Positions 1 through 9,411 are shown, counted from the first letter of the stretch. The stretch is DNA of 56,692 bases from Rhabdochlamydiaceae bacterium (GCA_027365315.1 DAHXNQ010000091.1:1-56692); one strand, 5' to 3'. Numbers and translations: made by a program. Notes: a model not told the origin generated them from the letters alone.

Positions 1-341
1 TTAAGTGTGAGTTTGATATGCCCGAAGGCTTGCCAGCCGCTGTAGTGCTTCGCGAGGTATTGGCCTAGATAGTAGCGATCCCACTGGTGATCTTTGTCGA
101 AAGAGGTGGGCATCTGTGGTGGGACGTAGCTGCGTGTGAGACGCAGTGGCTCTGCGCCATTGACGACGAGGTCTGTGCGCTGGAGGGCTAATTGACCACT
201 GAGAGGACTGACCAGGCCACCGATCAACTGCTCCTCATGGCTGAAGAGGGTGACGAGCTGTTCAGGTGTGGAGGGGAGGAGATCCTCTTTTTCTTCGGCA
301 TGCAGGGGAAGGAGAAGAAGAAGTGCGAGGAGGAAGCGCAT
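1..341 (-). CDS. 5' part (113 codons) of a secreted protein that runs off the left edge
   Basis: My own minus-strand translation from the ATG at 341..339 gives MRFLLALLLLLPLHAEEKEDLL... (signal-peptide-like), then ...VSPLSGQLALQRTDLVVNGAEPLRLTRSY... The frame is open to base 1, and the ORF is absent from the track because it has no stop in the window. The motif weakly recalls the N-terminal region of YD/RHS-type proteins (from memory). Confidence 0.5.
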   Translation of the reverse strand, partial: MRFLLALLLLLPLHAEEKEDLLPSTPEQLVTLFSHEEQLIGGLVSPLSGQLALQRTDLVVNGAEPLRLTRSYVPPQMPTSFDKDHQWDRYYLGQYLAKHYSGWQAFGHIKLTL

Positions 342-519
342 GAGAAGAATTCAGCAAAAGATTGAGTTCTAGAGCGTATGGCTATCTGGAATTTTTTAGC
401 AACAAACGTGGGTCAGATCCTATTTTCGTCTGCTGAATCGTTGCGGCGAGTACCAATCGGGTTTCAAAAAAGAGAGCGGCTCTTCTACAATCCACCTGGG
501 AGACATTTACATATACCCA

Positions 520-1518
520 ATGTACAGAGTACAAGATCTCTACAACAAACATGGCGCTTCACTTGGTCTGGAACTGGTGGCTGGCAGGAATGGCCTGAAG
601 AAGGCGGTGCGGCTGTCGGAGGCGCACCGCCCTGGGCTGGCCTTAAGCGGGTTTTTAAAGGGATTTGTCAAACAACGCTTCCTGGTATTTGGCAATGTAG
701 AGCAGGCTTACCTCAAAGATTTGGAGGGGCAGGCGCGGAAGGAGCGACTCGAGAGTCTTTTGACAGCCAGTACGCCTGCTGTGGTGGTGGCGGGCAAGTA
801 CCGCCCTCTTCCTGAGCTAATCAATCTGTGCGAAGGGCTGCGTATTCCTCTCTTTCGCTCGCAGAAGAAGACGACCGAGCTGCTAAGCCGTTTGACGCTG
901 ATTCTGCTGGAGGAATTTTCCCCCACGCTGTCGCTTCATGGGACCCTAGTGGAGGTGTTTGGCGTCGGGGTGGTGATCCAGGGCTACTCATCGATTGGCA
1001 AGAGTGAAGCGGCTCTTAGTCTGATCGAGCGAGGTCACCGCCTGATTTCGGACGATGTGGTGCGCATCCGTGTGCGGGAGGGCTCTTATCTGGAGGGCTC
1101 GGGGCCCGAGCTGACGCGCCACCTTCTCGAGATCCGCGGTATTGGCATCATCAATGTGGCCCACCTTTATGGAGCGGTCTGCGTGCGCGAGGCCAAGAGG
1201 GTCGATCTGATTGTCAATCTAGAGGAGTGGGATGAGGCGCGATTTTACGATCGCATTGGACTAGATGAGGCCTGTGTCGATTTTCTGGAGATCTCAGTGC
1301 CCTTCTATGCGCTGCCTGTGAAGCCGGGACGAGATGTGGCGCTGCTGATCGAGACGATCACCCTGAATCATCGGCTGAAGGAGATGGGTTACCATTCGGC
1401 CAAAGAGTTTAGTGCAAAACTGCTCGAGACGATCTCTCGTAAATCCTCTCGTCCACTCCCCACAGGGAGAGAGGGAGAAACTGAAATTCGTAATCTTTTA
1501 AAGGGCGAACAAGAGTGA
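520..1518 (+). CDS. hprK: HPr kinase/phosphorylase
   Basis: P-loop GYSSIGKSEAALSLIERGHRLISDDVV and LEIRGIGIINV are typical of HprK. The gene sits directly upstream of HPr. Confidence 0.9.
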   Translation: MYRVQDLYNKHGASLGLELVAGRNGLKKAVRLSEAHRPGLALSGFLKGFVKQRFLVFGNVEQAYLKDLEGQARKERLESLLTASTPAVVVAGKYRPLPELINLCEGLRIPLFRSQKKTTELLSRLTLILLEEFSPTLSLHGTLVEVFGVGVVIQGYSSIGKSEAALSLIERGHRLISDDVVRIRVREGSYLEGSGPELTRHLLEIRGIGIINVAHLYGAVCVREAKRVDLIVNLEEWDEARFYDRIGLDEACVDFLEISVPFYALPVKPGRDVALLIETITLNHRLKEMGYHSAKEFSAKLLETISRKSSRPLPTGREGETEIRNLLKGEQE

Positions 1519-1784
1519 AGGTATCGCGAAAGCTTAAGGTGAGGAATGCTCTGGGTCTGCACGCCAGGCCAGCCGCTGCAATTGTGAGGCTGCTGCAGCG
1601 GACCAAATCCGCAGTGGCGTTTCAGTATAGGGGCGAGACGGTTAACGCTCGCAGCATCATGAGTCTTCTAATGCTGGCTGCACCCAAAAATGCGCAGATC
1701 GAGGTGACGGTATCGGGTGACGATGCGGAACAGGTACTGCTGCTGCTTGCAGAGGAGTTCGAACAGGGGTTTGGAGAGCCATAA
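1515..1784 (+). CDS. ptsH: Phosphocarrier protein HPr
   Basis: 89 aa. KLKVRNALGLHARPAA contains the active-site His context. The GTG start overlaps the hprK stop (GTGA). Confidence 0.9.
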   Translation: MKVSRKLKVRNALGLHARPAAAIVRLLQRTKSAVAFQYRGETVNARSIMSLLMLAAPKNAQIEVTVSGDDAEQVLLLLAEEFEQGFGEP

Positions 1785-1788
1785 GGCA

Positions 1789-3501
1789 GTGAGCTGGCGC
1801 GAGGAGATTGTCCTGGTAGGAGCATCGGTGAGCGAAGGCATCGCTATTGGTGCTCCTCATTTCTTTGGCGTCCCTCAGGAGGAGTCGGTGCCGGAGTTCT
1901 CTATCTCCGCGCGCGAGGTAGAAGGAGAGATTGCCCGCTACCGCGAAGCGCTCGACTGCTCGAAGCGCGATTTAGCGGCGCTGAAGAGCGGCTTCCAAAA
2001 AGAGGGGGTCGAAGAGGGCGCTACCATCCTAGGAGCCTATCTCGATATCTTAGAAGATCCCTGGATCACTATCGAGATGGAGGAGAAGATCCGCGAGACG
2101 CTGCGTAACATCGAGGCGCTGCTCTCCTCCGAGATCAACCGCTACCGCGAGCGCTTCTCTACCGACACCGAGCTCTTCCAGAGTCGCCTAGCCGATGTGG
2201 TCGATCTCTCTAAAACAATCCTGGGTCATCTGCGCGAGACCCCACCTGCTAGACCGCGGGAGGGGATGCTGCGCAACGCCATACTCTTTGCGGAAGAGCT
2301 CTCGCCTTCTCGCATGATGGCCATTTCGACTACCCGCGTGATGGCGCTTGTCACCTCGCAGGGTGGGAGCAGCTCGCACGCTGCACTGATTGCGCGCGCC
2401 AAGGGGATTCCCTATGTTTCGGGCATCGATACCGGCGCCTACACTCTTGCCGAGGTGGCCTGTGTGGTGGTGGATGGCGGCGCAGGCTTGGTGATTCTGA
2501 ACCCCACAGACGAAACGCTGGCCCGCTATGCGCAGAAGGCGATTTTAGCTAGAAGCCGCGTGCGGATTCCTAAGCGCGAGACCACAGCTCCCGCCTTCAC
2601 GCGCGATGGCAGGCAAGTGGTCGTGCGCGCCAACATCGGCAGCGCAGAAGAGATGGATCTGGCGCTGCGCTGTGGTGCTGCAGGAATTGGCCTCTTTCGC
2701 TCGGAGTATCCAGTGCTCTCCCACCCCGCTTTGCTGCTCAATGAAGAAGAACAGTATCGGATCTATCAGATGGCACTAACAAAAGCGCGAGGTTTAATGG
2801 TCACTATCCGCGCCTTTGATCTAGGCGGTGATAAACAGATCTCCTCGGGCTGGAATCTGGGTAGCTCGCGGGGCACCGCTCTGCTGCTCGAGCAGCGTGA
2901 GATGTTTCGCATCCAGCTGCGCGCTCTTCTGCGCGCCAGCAGAGAAGGTCCGCTGCAGATCCTCTTTCCGCTGATCCACTCTCCACAGGAGATGGCGGCG
3001 GCACAGAGGCTGCTCTTCGAAGAGGCGGCTACTCTAGGTATTTTGTCACCCCCCATGGGAGCGATGATCGAATTGCCAGAGGCAGCGCTTCTTGCTAGCG
3101 AGCTGATTCTGCAGTCCGATTTTGTCTCGGTGGGTACCAACGATTTAGTGCCCGAACTTCTCGGCTCTCCCCGGCATGCCCTAGAGGGTGAGCTACACAA
3201 GATAGCCTGCCACCCTCGTGTGCTCTCCACCTTGCAGAATATCGCTGAAGAGGCGCTGCTGCAGCAAAAGTCTGTTACGCTTTGTGGAGAGTTGGCCTCC
3301 GATTCTCACTTCATTCCGGTGCTGATTGGCCTTGGCTATACCAACCTCTCTTGTCCTCCCAGAGCAGTGCCGCGCGTCAAAGAGCAGCTGCGAAAATCGG
3401 AGTGGGCGCCGCTGCGCCATCTGGTCGATCAGATGCTCGCCTGTAGCAGCACCGAAGCGGCCTACAACCATCTCAGCCGTTTTTTACAAACAACTTCTTA
3501 G
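1789..3501 (+). CDS. ptsI: PEP-protein phosphotransferase (PTS enzyme I)
   Basis: The phospho-His region GGSSSHAALIARAKGIPYV and the C-terminal PEP-utilising motifs (GTNDL, LCGELA) are present. The track start at 1717 overlaps ptsH, so I prefer the GTG at 1789, just after the ptsH stop. The exact start is uncertain. Confidence 0.85.
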   Translation: MSWREEIVLVGASVSEGIAIGAPHFFGVPQEESVPEFSISAREVEGEIARYREALDCSKRDLAALKSGFQKEGVEEGATILGAYLDILEDPWITIEMEEKIRETLRNIEALLSSEINRYRERFSTDTELFQSRLADVVDLSKTILGHLRETPPARPREGMLRNAILFAEELSPSRMMAISTTRVMALVTSQGGSSSHAALIARAKGIPYVSGIDTGAYTLAEVACVVVDGGAGLVILNPTDETLARYAQKAILARSRVRIPKRETTAPAFTRDGRQVVVRANIGSAEEMDLALRCGAAGIGLFRSEYPVLSHPALLLNEEEQYRIYQMALTKARGLMVTIRAFDLGGDKQISSGWNLGSSRGTALLLEQREMFRIQLRALLRASREGPLQILFPLIHSPQEMAAAQRLLFEEAATLGILSPPMGAMIELPEAALLASELILQSDFVSVGTNDLVPELLGSPRHALEGELHKIACHPRVLSTLQNIAEEALLQQKSVTLCGELASDSHFIPVLIGLGYTNLSCPPRAVPRVKEQLRKSEWAPLRHLVDQMLACSSTEAAYNHLSRFLQTTS

Positions 3502-3580
3502 CTGCAAAATGCCCTCAGGCGTACCCTTGCAGCCATAAAAATAGCCTAGTAGTTCATAAAAGGCTGTTTTGAGGTGATGT

Positions 3581-4375
3581 ATGATTACAGCAGGGGCAGT
3601 CGCAGGAGTGGTGGGAATTGCAGCAGCGAGTGCAGCCACCGCGGTAGCGAAAGATGCGGCAGAGATGATAGCAAAAGATGCAGTAGCAGCTGGCTATTTT
3701 GTGATCAAGAGTGTGGGGAAATGCACCCATAGTAAGTGTAGCGATAAGCCGCTCTGCAAGCACCCCCGTGAGGTCCAAGGCTGGTTGCAACCAGAAACTC
3801 GGCTACTGCGAGAGGCATCCACTCTCTTCATAACGAGGATAGATAAGCAAAAGGAGAAGGCGGTCTCTGAAAGACGCGCCAATTCAACCCATCTAAAGAG
3901 TTTAGCGGGCTGTGAATTCATCTACTTAGATGGAAGCGGAGAGATGAAGAAAATTCAATTCGTTACCGAGCAACAATTTAAGAAAATTGCTGCGTCTCAG
4001 GTAGCCTCTGCAGCAGCTGCTAAACAGCATGAGAAGAAGCATACGCATCATCCACATACGAAGCATCAAGCAGCCCATACAAGGAAAGAAGAGAACAAAA
4101 TTCCTGAGCCCCCTTCTACAGAAGAGGTGGAGAAAAGCCTCGATCTTTCTGCAAAACCTACCACAGAGAAAGAGGAGCTCGCTGTACCGGCCGATTCTGC
4201 CGAGAAATTAGGTGAGAAGAGTGAAGGAAGCGCTCCTCAGGCCGTCGCTACGGAGACTCCAGCTTTGCCAACAGAGGGGATCTTGAAGAGATTTATTTCG
4301 TTCTGGCTGCTGTTTGGCTGGTTCTCTTGGTTGGTGAGTCTGATCCGCCCAGCCAAACCATCTGTTACAGCATAG
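3581..4375 (+). CDS. Hypothetical membrane-anchored protein
   Basis: Ala/Gly-rich hydrophobic N-terminus, charged His/Lys/Glu/Pro-rich middle, and a C-terminal hydrophobic segment FISFWLLFGWFSWLVSLI. GAGGTG lies upstream of the ATG. I recognise no family. Confidence 0.5.
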   Translation: MITAGAVAGVVGIAAASAATAVAKDAAEMIAKDAVAAGYFVIKSVGKCTHSKCSDKPLCKHPREVQGWLQPETRLLREASTLFITRIDKQKEKAVSERRANSTHLKSLAGCEFIYLDGSGEMKKIQFVTEQQFKKIAASQVASAAAAKQHEKKHTHHPHTKHQAAHTRKEENKIPEPPSTEEVEKSLDLSAKPTTEKEELAVPADSAEKLGEKSEGSAPQAVATETPALPTEGILKRFISFWLLFGWFSWLVSLIRPAKPSVTA

Positions 4376-4388
4376 TTTGATCTCTTTG

Positions 4389-4408
4389 GAGCGAGCGAAA
4401 GCTCGCTC
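4389..4408. terminator. Perfect 8-bp hairpin with GAAA loop between convergent genes
   Basis: GAGCGAGC-GAAA-GCTCGCTC lies between the stop at 4375 (+) and the stop at 4420 (-). There is no strong U-tract, so its function as a bidirectional terminator is inferred. Confidence 0.45.
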
Positions 4409-4419
4409 AGAGGTGCACC

Positions 4420-4713
4420 TTAGCCTAGAAGATTGCTAGGGGAGATATCTTTTTGGGCATCGCGCACCTTGCCGGCAGCCTCCTGGAAGGCGGCGAAGAT
4501 GAGATCCTGCAGCCCCTCGACATCGGTGGGGTCGACGCAGTCGGGGCGGATGGTGATCGATTGGAGCTCTTTGTCGCCATTCAGTACCAGCCGCACCAGG
4601 CCGCCGCCACTTTCGCCCACAAACTGCGCCTGCGCCATCTCATCTTTGATCTTGGAGTACTGCTGCTCGAGCATGCGAGCCTGCTTCTTCATTTTGGAAA
4701 ATCCACTACCCAT
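4420..4713 (-). CDS. ybaB: YbaB/EbfC nucleoid-associated protein
   Basis: 97 aa. MKKQARMLEQQYSKIKDEM...GGGLVRLVLNGDKELQSITI matches the family. It overlaps the dnaX stop, which is the classic dnaX-ybaB arrangement. Confidence 0.9.
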   Translation of the reverse strand: MGSGFSKMKKQARMLEQQYSKIKDEMAQAQFVGESGGGLVRLVLNGDKELQSITIRPDCVDPTDVEGLQDLIFAAFQEAAGKVRDAQKDISPSNLLG

Positions 4714-6100
4714 GTTTGATCACTCCGTCGAAGGTTACTGCTGCAAATTGTACCATGCTCTCGAGTCGCGCTCTATCTCTTTTGGAGTCGCCGGTAGTAG
4801 GGGCTGCCGCCTCGGCTGGCTGAGGCGGGAGGGTGGCAGTGATGGGTGGTGCTGGGGGTGGTGGCATAGCCGGCTCCATAGGAGCCTTGACTGGCGCCGC
4901 TGCCTCAGGGCTCTTGAGCTGCTGCTCTAGCTGCTCCAACCGCTCGATCAGCACCGGCAGCGCAAGCTGGCTTCTGGTTTTGAGGATCTGCAGCAGCAGC
5001 GCCTCCACCATCAGCGAGCGCAAAGAGAGGCGAGGGGGGTGCTGCAGGAAACGGGTGATCAGCTCGACAATTGTCAGTAGCTGCGACACGGTGTAGTGGG
5101 TGGCCGAGCTTCGGTAGAGTGCGCGGGTGGCAGGGTCAAGAATCCAGCTGGGCGCTCCCACAAGATGGCAGGCCAAAAGGGCGCGGTAGTGCTGCAAGAG
5201 CGCCTCGGGAAATCCGCTGAGGTCGGTGCCGCTGTTCTCCATCTGCTCGACTAGCTCCAGCGCTGCCGAAAGCGATCCGGTCTGATAGGCTGTATCGAGT
5301 TGCTGGAGCAGCTCCTGTGGGGGTAGACCCAGCGCTTTCCGTATTGCCTCTGCATTCAGGGGGCCTGAGCCCTCGGAGAGGGTGCAGACCATCTGGTCGA
5401 GCAGCGACTCTCCGTCGCGCAGCGAGCCGTCGGCAAGCTGCGCCAGAAGGGCGAGGGCGCTCTCCTCGATGCAGCAGCTCACTTCCTGTGAGATCTCTTT
5501 GGCAATCAGCTTCAGCTTGGCCAGTATCGCCTCGGCAGGAAGCCTGCGCAGGTCGAACCTCTGGCAGCGGCTGGTGATGGTGGGGAGCATCTTGTGAGGC
5601 TCGGTGGTGGCGAAAAAAAATTTAGCATGCTGAGGCGGCTCCTCCAGCGTCTTCAAAAGGGCGTTAAACGCCTCCTTGGTCAGCATGTGTACCTCGTCGA
5701 TGAGGTAGATTTTGTAGGGGCCGCGAGCGGGGACATAGCCCACCGTTTCGTTGATCTGCCTGATGTCGTCGATACCGCGGTGCGAGGCACCATCGATCTC
5801 GAGTAGATCGAGGGCATGTCCCGCCGCAATTTCAAGACAGGAGCTGCAGCTGCCGCAGGGCTCTGATTCGCTGTTGCGTGCCTGGCAGTTGAGCGCCTTG
5901 GCTAGCAGACGAGCTAGCGTCGTTTTGCCCACACCCCTGCTGCCGCAGAAGAGATAGGCGGGAGCGATACGACCCATTTTTAGAGCGTTTTTGAGGGTGG
6001 TGACAATCGGTTCTTGTCCTACCACCTCGGAAAAAAGCTTTGGACGGTAGATTCTAGATATATTTTTGTACACTCTACAACCCCTGTTCTCTTCTAGCAC
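4706..6100 (-). CDS. dnaX: DNA polymerase III subunit gamma/tau
   Basis: YRPKLFSEVVGQEPIV, the Walker A GSRGVGKTT, the zinc module CGSCSSC and IYLIDEVHML are present. An alternative GTG start at 6076 is possible. Confidence 0.9.
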   Translation of the reverse strand: MLEENRGCRVYKNISRIYRPKLFSEVVGQEPIVTTLKNALKMGRIAPAYLFCGSRGVGKTTLARLLAKALNCQARNSESEPCGSCSSCLEIAAGHALDLLEIDGASHRGIDDIRQINETVGYVPARGPYKIYLIDEVHMLTKEAFNALLKTLEEPPQHAKFFFATTEPHKMLPTITSRCQRFDLRRLPAEAILAKLKLIAKEISQEVSCCIEESALALLAQLADGSLRDGESLLDQMVCTLSEGSGPLNAEAIRKALGLPPQELLQQLDTAYQTGSLSAALELVEQMENSGTDLSGFPEALLQHYRALLACHLVGAPSWILDPATRALYRSSATHYTVSQLLTIVELITRFLQHPPRLSLRSLMVEALLLQILKTRSQLALPVLIERLEQLEQQLKSPEAAAPVKAPMEPAMPPPPAPPITATLPPQPAEAAAPTTGDSKRDRARLESMVQFAAVTFDGVIKHG

Positions 6101-6160
6101 ACCCTACTGGAGTGTAGCAGTGGTTGCAATTCCTCAAAATGACAGCTATCTTCTGAGGAG

Positions 6161-8257
6161 ATGTTTCGCTCTCCGTTACGGCAGGAGAGGCGCGAGCGGC
6201 TCGGAAGAGCGCTTCTTCTGCTATTTGCGCTCGTCTGCCTTACCTGCCTGCTGCACCAGCGGGCTGTCCGCATTGAAATCCCCGAAGTGGGAAGCATAGC
6301 TCCCCGCTACGTCATCGCACAGGTTGATTTTTCCTTCCCCGACGAAGAGGCGACCGATATCTTACGGCGCGAGGCGGTCAAGGATGTAGGGGTGATCTAT
6401 CAGCTGGATCAGGCGCAGCTGCGCGCGGTAGAGCGTCAGCAGCTCCAGCAGCTGATCAGTGATGGATCGTGGCGAAAGCGTCTTCCCGAGGCCACCTTTG
6501 AAGATCTGCAGCACGAGGTGGGGCAGATCACCCTCCTTCTCTCTCGCGCGCGCTGGACCGACAACCGCACCCTGCGCCGCATCGCCCAGTTTGACAAGTC
6601 AAGTGATTGGATTTTTTTACTAGGCCCTCCCGAGTCGCTTCCCTCCTCTCTCTGGGAGGGGCGCCCCTCTCTCGATCGCTATCTCATCGAGGCTTACAGC
6701 AATATTAATTGGAAATTTTTGGAGGATGGCGCCGTCTCCAGATGGGTGCGTAGACGTGTCGAGCATCAGGTGCCCGAAATCACCACTGGCGTCCATGCAG
6801 GTAGCACGCTGATTGGGCAGGGGGAGCACATTGCTCCGCGCCATGTAGCTATGCTGAAGGCGATGCGCGAGGCGATGCATCACCAGCGCGGCGGTATGGA
6901 TTTTGGCTCACTCTTCGGTAGCTTCTGCCTCGCCTGCCTCTTCATTGGACTGGCCCTTCTTTCGATCAAGGCCTACTTCTCGCTGCTGGTCTCTTCATTG
7001 CGCACCTGGAGCCTTCTCACCACCATAGCCCTGGGCACCATCGCCGTCGCTAAGATAGCCGAGCATCTACTGGTACGCGGTCCAGGACCTTTTCTAGACC
7101 TTGTCACCTATCCCATCCTGGTGCCCTTTGCGGCATTGCTGATTTCGCTGCTTCTCAATGCCCATCTAGCCTTCTTCTTCGCCACGCTGCTCTCGCTCTT
7201 CCTGGCTGTCTCGCTGGGTAGCAACGAGGAGCACTTCCTGGTGGTCAACCTAGTTAGCGCCTTCGCTACCATTCTCTTTTCGCGCGGTCTGCATAAAAGA
7301 AAAGAGATATTCTATGTCTGCTTCAAGGCGTGGTTCAGCGCTGTGCTGGTGATTCTCTCCTTTTCGCTGCTCGAGGGCTGTTTCTGGTCTGTCACTACTC
7401 TTGTCGACCTGTCGGTAGCAGGACTGATGCTGATCGTCACCGCTGTGGTGGTGATTGCGGTATTGCCACTGCTAGAGGGGCTCTTTGAGGTGCTGACCGA
7501 CCTCAGCCTGATGGAGTTTATGGATCCGCAGGTGGATCTACTGCGCCGCCTCAACCTCGAGGCGCCCGGCACCTACCAGCACTGCCTGGTGGTGGGCAAC
7601 CTCGCCGAAGCGGCCGCCACCGCCATCGATGCCAAGGGGCTGCTCTGTCGGGTGGGCACCCTCTACCACGACATCGGCAAGCTGGCCTGTCCCCACTACT
7701 TCACCGAAAACCAGCTGGGAGGCTTCGACATCCACCAGCTGCTCACCCCGCTCGAATCGTGCCAGGTGATCATCTCCCATGTGACAGAAGGGGAGAGGCT
7801 GGCGCGCAAGCACAAGCTACCCCAAGCGATCATCGACATCATCCGCGAGCATCACGGCACCACCATCGTCTTCAGCTTCTACCAGAAGCTGCTGCGCAAA
7901 GTGGGCAAAGAGTATGACCTAGTCGACCCAGCGCTCTTCCGCTACAAAGGGCCCAAGCCCCGCTCGCGCGAATCTGCCATTGTGATGATTGCCGACACAG
8001 TCGAAGCTGCCTCCCGCAGCCTTGGCGAGGTAGACGAAGAGGAGCTCACCGCCATGATCGACCGCCTCGTCCAAGAGAAGGCAGACGATGGGCAGTTTGA
8101 CGAATGCCCCCTCACCTTCGAAGAGCTAGGCGCCGTCAAGCGCGCCATCGCCAAAACCCTCGTCGTCACCCGCCACGTGCGTGTCCGCTACGAAAAGCCG
8201 CTACTCGACCCCACTCTCGTCATCGAAACTCGCCCCTATCCAGCAGCCCGCAAATAG
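6161..8257 (+). CDS. 7TM-receptor HD-domain phosphohydrolase (PgpH/YqfF-like)
   Basis: An N-terminal extracytoplasmic region is followed by about 7 hydrophobic helices and then a C-terminal HD domain (YHDIGKL, REHHGT). Confidence 0.85.
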   Translation: MFRSPLRQERRERLGRALLLLFALVCLTCLLHQRAVRIEIPEVGSIAPRYVIAQVDFSFPDEEATDILRREAVKDVGVIYQLDQAQLRAVERQQLQQLISDGSWRKRLPEATFEDLQHEVGQITLLLSRARWTDNRTLRRIAQFDKSSDWIFLLGPPESLPSSLWEGRPSLDRYLIEAYSNINWKFLEDGAVSRWVRRRVEHQVPEITTGVHAGSTLIGQGEHIAPRHVAMLKAMREAMHHQRGGMDFGSLFGSFCLACLFIGLALLSIKAYFSLLVSSLRTWSLLTTIALGTIAVAKIAEHLLVRGPGPFLDLVTYPILVPFAALLISLLLNAHLAFFFATLLSLFLAVSLGSNEEHFLVVNLVSAFATILFSRGLHKRKEIFYVCFKAWFSAVLVILSFSLLEGCFWSVTTLVDLSVAGLMLIVTAVVVIAVLPLLEGLFEVLTDLSLMEFMDPQVDLLRRLNLEAPGTYQHCLVVGNLAEAAATAIDAKGLLCRVGTLYHDIGKLACPHYFTENQLGGFDIHQLLTPLESCQVIISHVTEGERLARKHKLPQAIIDIIREHHGTTIVFSFYQKLLRKVGKEYDLVDPALFRYKGPKPRSRESAIVMIADTVEAASRSLGEVDEEELTAMIDRLVQEKADDGQFDECPLTFEELGAVKRAIAKTLVVTRHVRVRYEKPLLDPTLVIETRPYPAARK

Positions 8258-8303
8258 CAGATAAAATTGATCTAGTGAGGTAGTTGCAAAACTCCAGCTC
8301 TAG

Positions 8304-8699
8304 TTAGACACAATTTGCAAAAAAGGCAGCAACTGTCTCTTTTTTTGCCTTTCCTTCGGCAACTAGCCTGACCATTTTCTCCAATTCAGTTTCTGCAAAA
8401 TCAATCGAGCAATGATTCAGTTCTAGGAACATCAGTGCCGAAACTGCGGCGACTCTTTTGTTGCCATCTAGGAATGGATGATTTTGACAAAGGTGGAATA
8501 GATAGGCAGAGGCCTTATCGGACATTGTTTTGTGGAGATATTGTCCTTCGAAGGTGCTGTGGGGTTGAGCGATTGCGGAAAGGAGCAGGGTGTGGTCGCG
8601 TATTCCTCTTATGCCACCGTATCGATTCAGTTGGTCCGAATGGATTTCTAAGACATCATCAAATGTCAAAAAGTATAATTCCATTAACCTACTCAGCAA
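8304..8699 (-). CDS. doc: Doc/Fic-family toxin (death-on-curing)
   Basis: The Fic motif HPFLDGNKRV is present. The protein is 131 aa and overlaps the upstream small antitoxin gene by 11 nt. Confidence 0.85.
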   Translation of the reverse strand: MLSRLMELYFLTFDDVLEIHSDQLNRYGGIRGIRDHTLLLSAIAQPHSTFEGQYLHKTMSDKASAYLFHLCQNHPFLDGNKRVAAVSALMFLELNHCSIDFAETELEKMVRLVAEGKAKKETVAAFFANCV

Positions 8700-8925
8700 G
8701 ACGTTTCAGCGCACGACCAAACTTCTTATTGACCTTCTCAAGAGAGGATGCGAACTGTTCTCTTTGCTGTTCGCTTTTTACGGGGGTGATGACGATAGAG
8801 GAGCCATCGGGTGTCGAGATCTGGAGTAGGGTGTCGCTATCGATTCCTAGCAGCTCGAGGATAGGGCGTTCGATGATCAGTGCGTAACTATTGCCATGCT
8901 TGGTAAGACGTTTTCGAATTGTCAC
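8689..8925 (-). CDS. AbrB/SpoVT-type (Phd-like) antitoxin
   Basis: 78 aa. RLTKHGNSYALIIERPILELLGI is a swapped-hairpin (AbrB/MazE) signature. It lies immediately upstream of doc. Confidence 0.75.
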   Translation of the reverse strand: MTIRKRLTKHGNSYALIIERPILELLGIDSDTLLQISTPDGSSIVITPVKSEQQREQFASSLEKVNKKFGRALKRLAE

Positions 8926-8951
8926 CTAAGTTCTCCCATTGTGGATTCAAT

Positions 8952-8961
8952 TGTATATACA
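8952..8961. promoter_or_regulatory. Candidate operator palindrome upstream of the phd/doc pair
   Basis: The perfect palindrome TGTATATACA lies 27 nt upstream of the antitoxin start, in an AT-rich spacer. Confidence 0.3.
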
Positions 8962-9114
8962 TCGTAGCATTATTCCATTGGCAGAGTCAATTGATTAGTT
9001 ACACTTACATTGAGTATCAATAAGTTGCAGAAATGGGAAGGGATGAGCGCAATCGGGTTGCACCCGATCCACAATTCAACAAATCGAAAAGGGCTTATTA
9101 ATCAGGAGTTTTTT

Positions 9115-9411
9115 ATGTCGATCGCCCTTCTCTCCCTGGCAGCAAGCCAACCACTCACCATCGAGAACGATTCCAGTCAGGATCGATGGGCTACCGCGCG
9201 AAAAGTAGCCGTCCTAGTCCTCAAGGTAGGGATGGTGGTAGCGTCGGTGGCAGTTGTTGAAACTGCCCTCACGGCGATGGTAGTGATTGTCGCTCTCAAG
9301 TCGGGTGCCCTTGCAGCAGTAGGAGCCGCAGCTGCTGTGGTCGCTCTAGTCGCCCTGGCAGTGATCATCGCGCTGTTGCAGGTTTTGTATAAAAAATATT
9401 GCAGACAGTGA
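9115..9411 (+). CDS. Small membrane protein with a long bilobed hydrophobic domain (Inc-like)
   Basis: I chose the ATG at 9115 (AGGAG 7 nt upstream) rather than the TTG at 9010. Two adjacent hydrophobic stretches are VAVLVLKVGMVVASVAVVETALTAMVVIVAL and ALAAVGAAAAVVALVALAVIIALL. Confidence 0.45.
   Translation: MSIALLSLAASQPLTIENDSSQDRWATARKVAVLVLKVGMVVASVAVVETALTAMVVIVALKSGALAAVGAAAAVVALVALAVIIALLQVLYKKYCRQ

Noticed and set aside
378-815. A 145-aa ORF overlapping the hprK start.
   Set aside because: The hprK frame from the ATG at 520 gives a complete, recognisable HPr kinase. The overlapping frame has no features.
5611-5625. An A8/T8 homopolymer inside dnaX, as a possible programmed frameshift site for a gamma subunit.
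   Set aside because: It encodes the conserved KFFFATTE motif in the ATPase domain, far upstream of where tau/gamma frameshifting occurs, and it is not an A-AAA-AAG heptamer.
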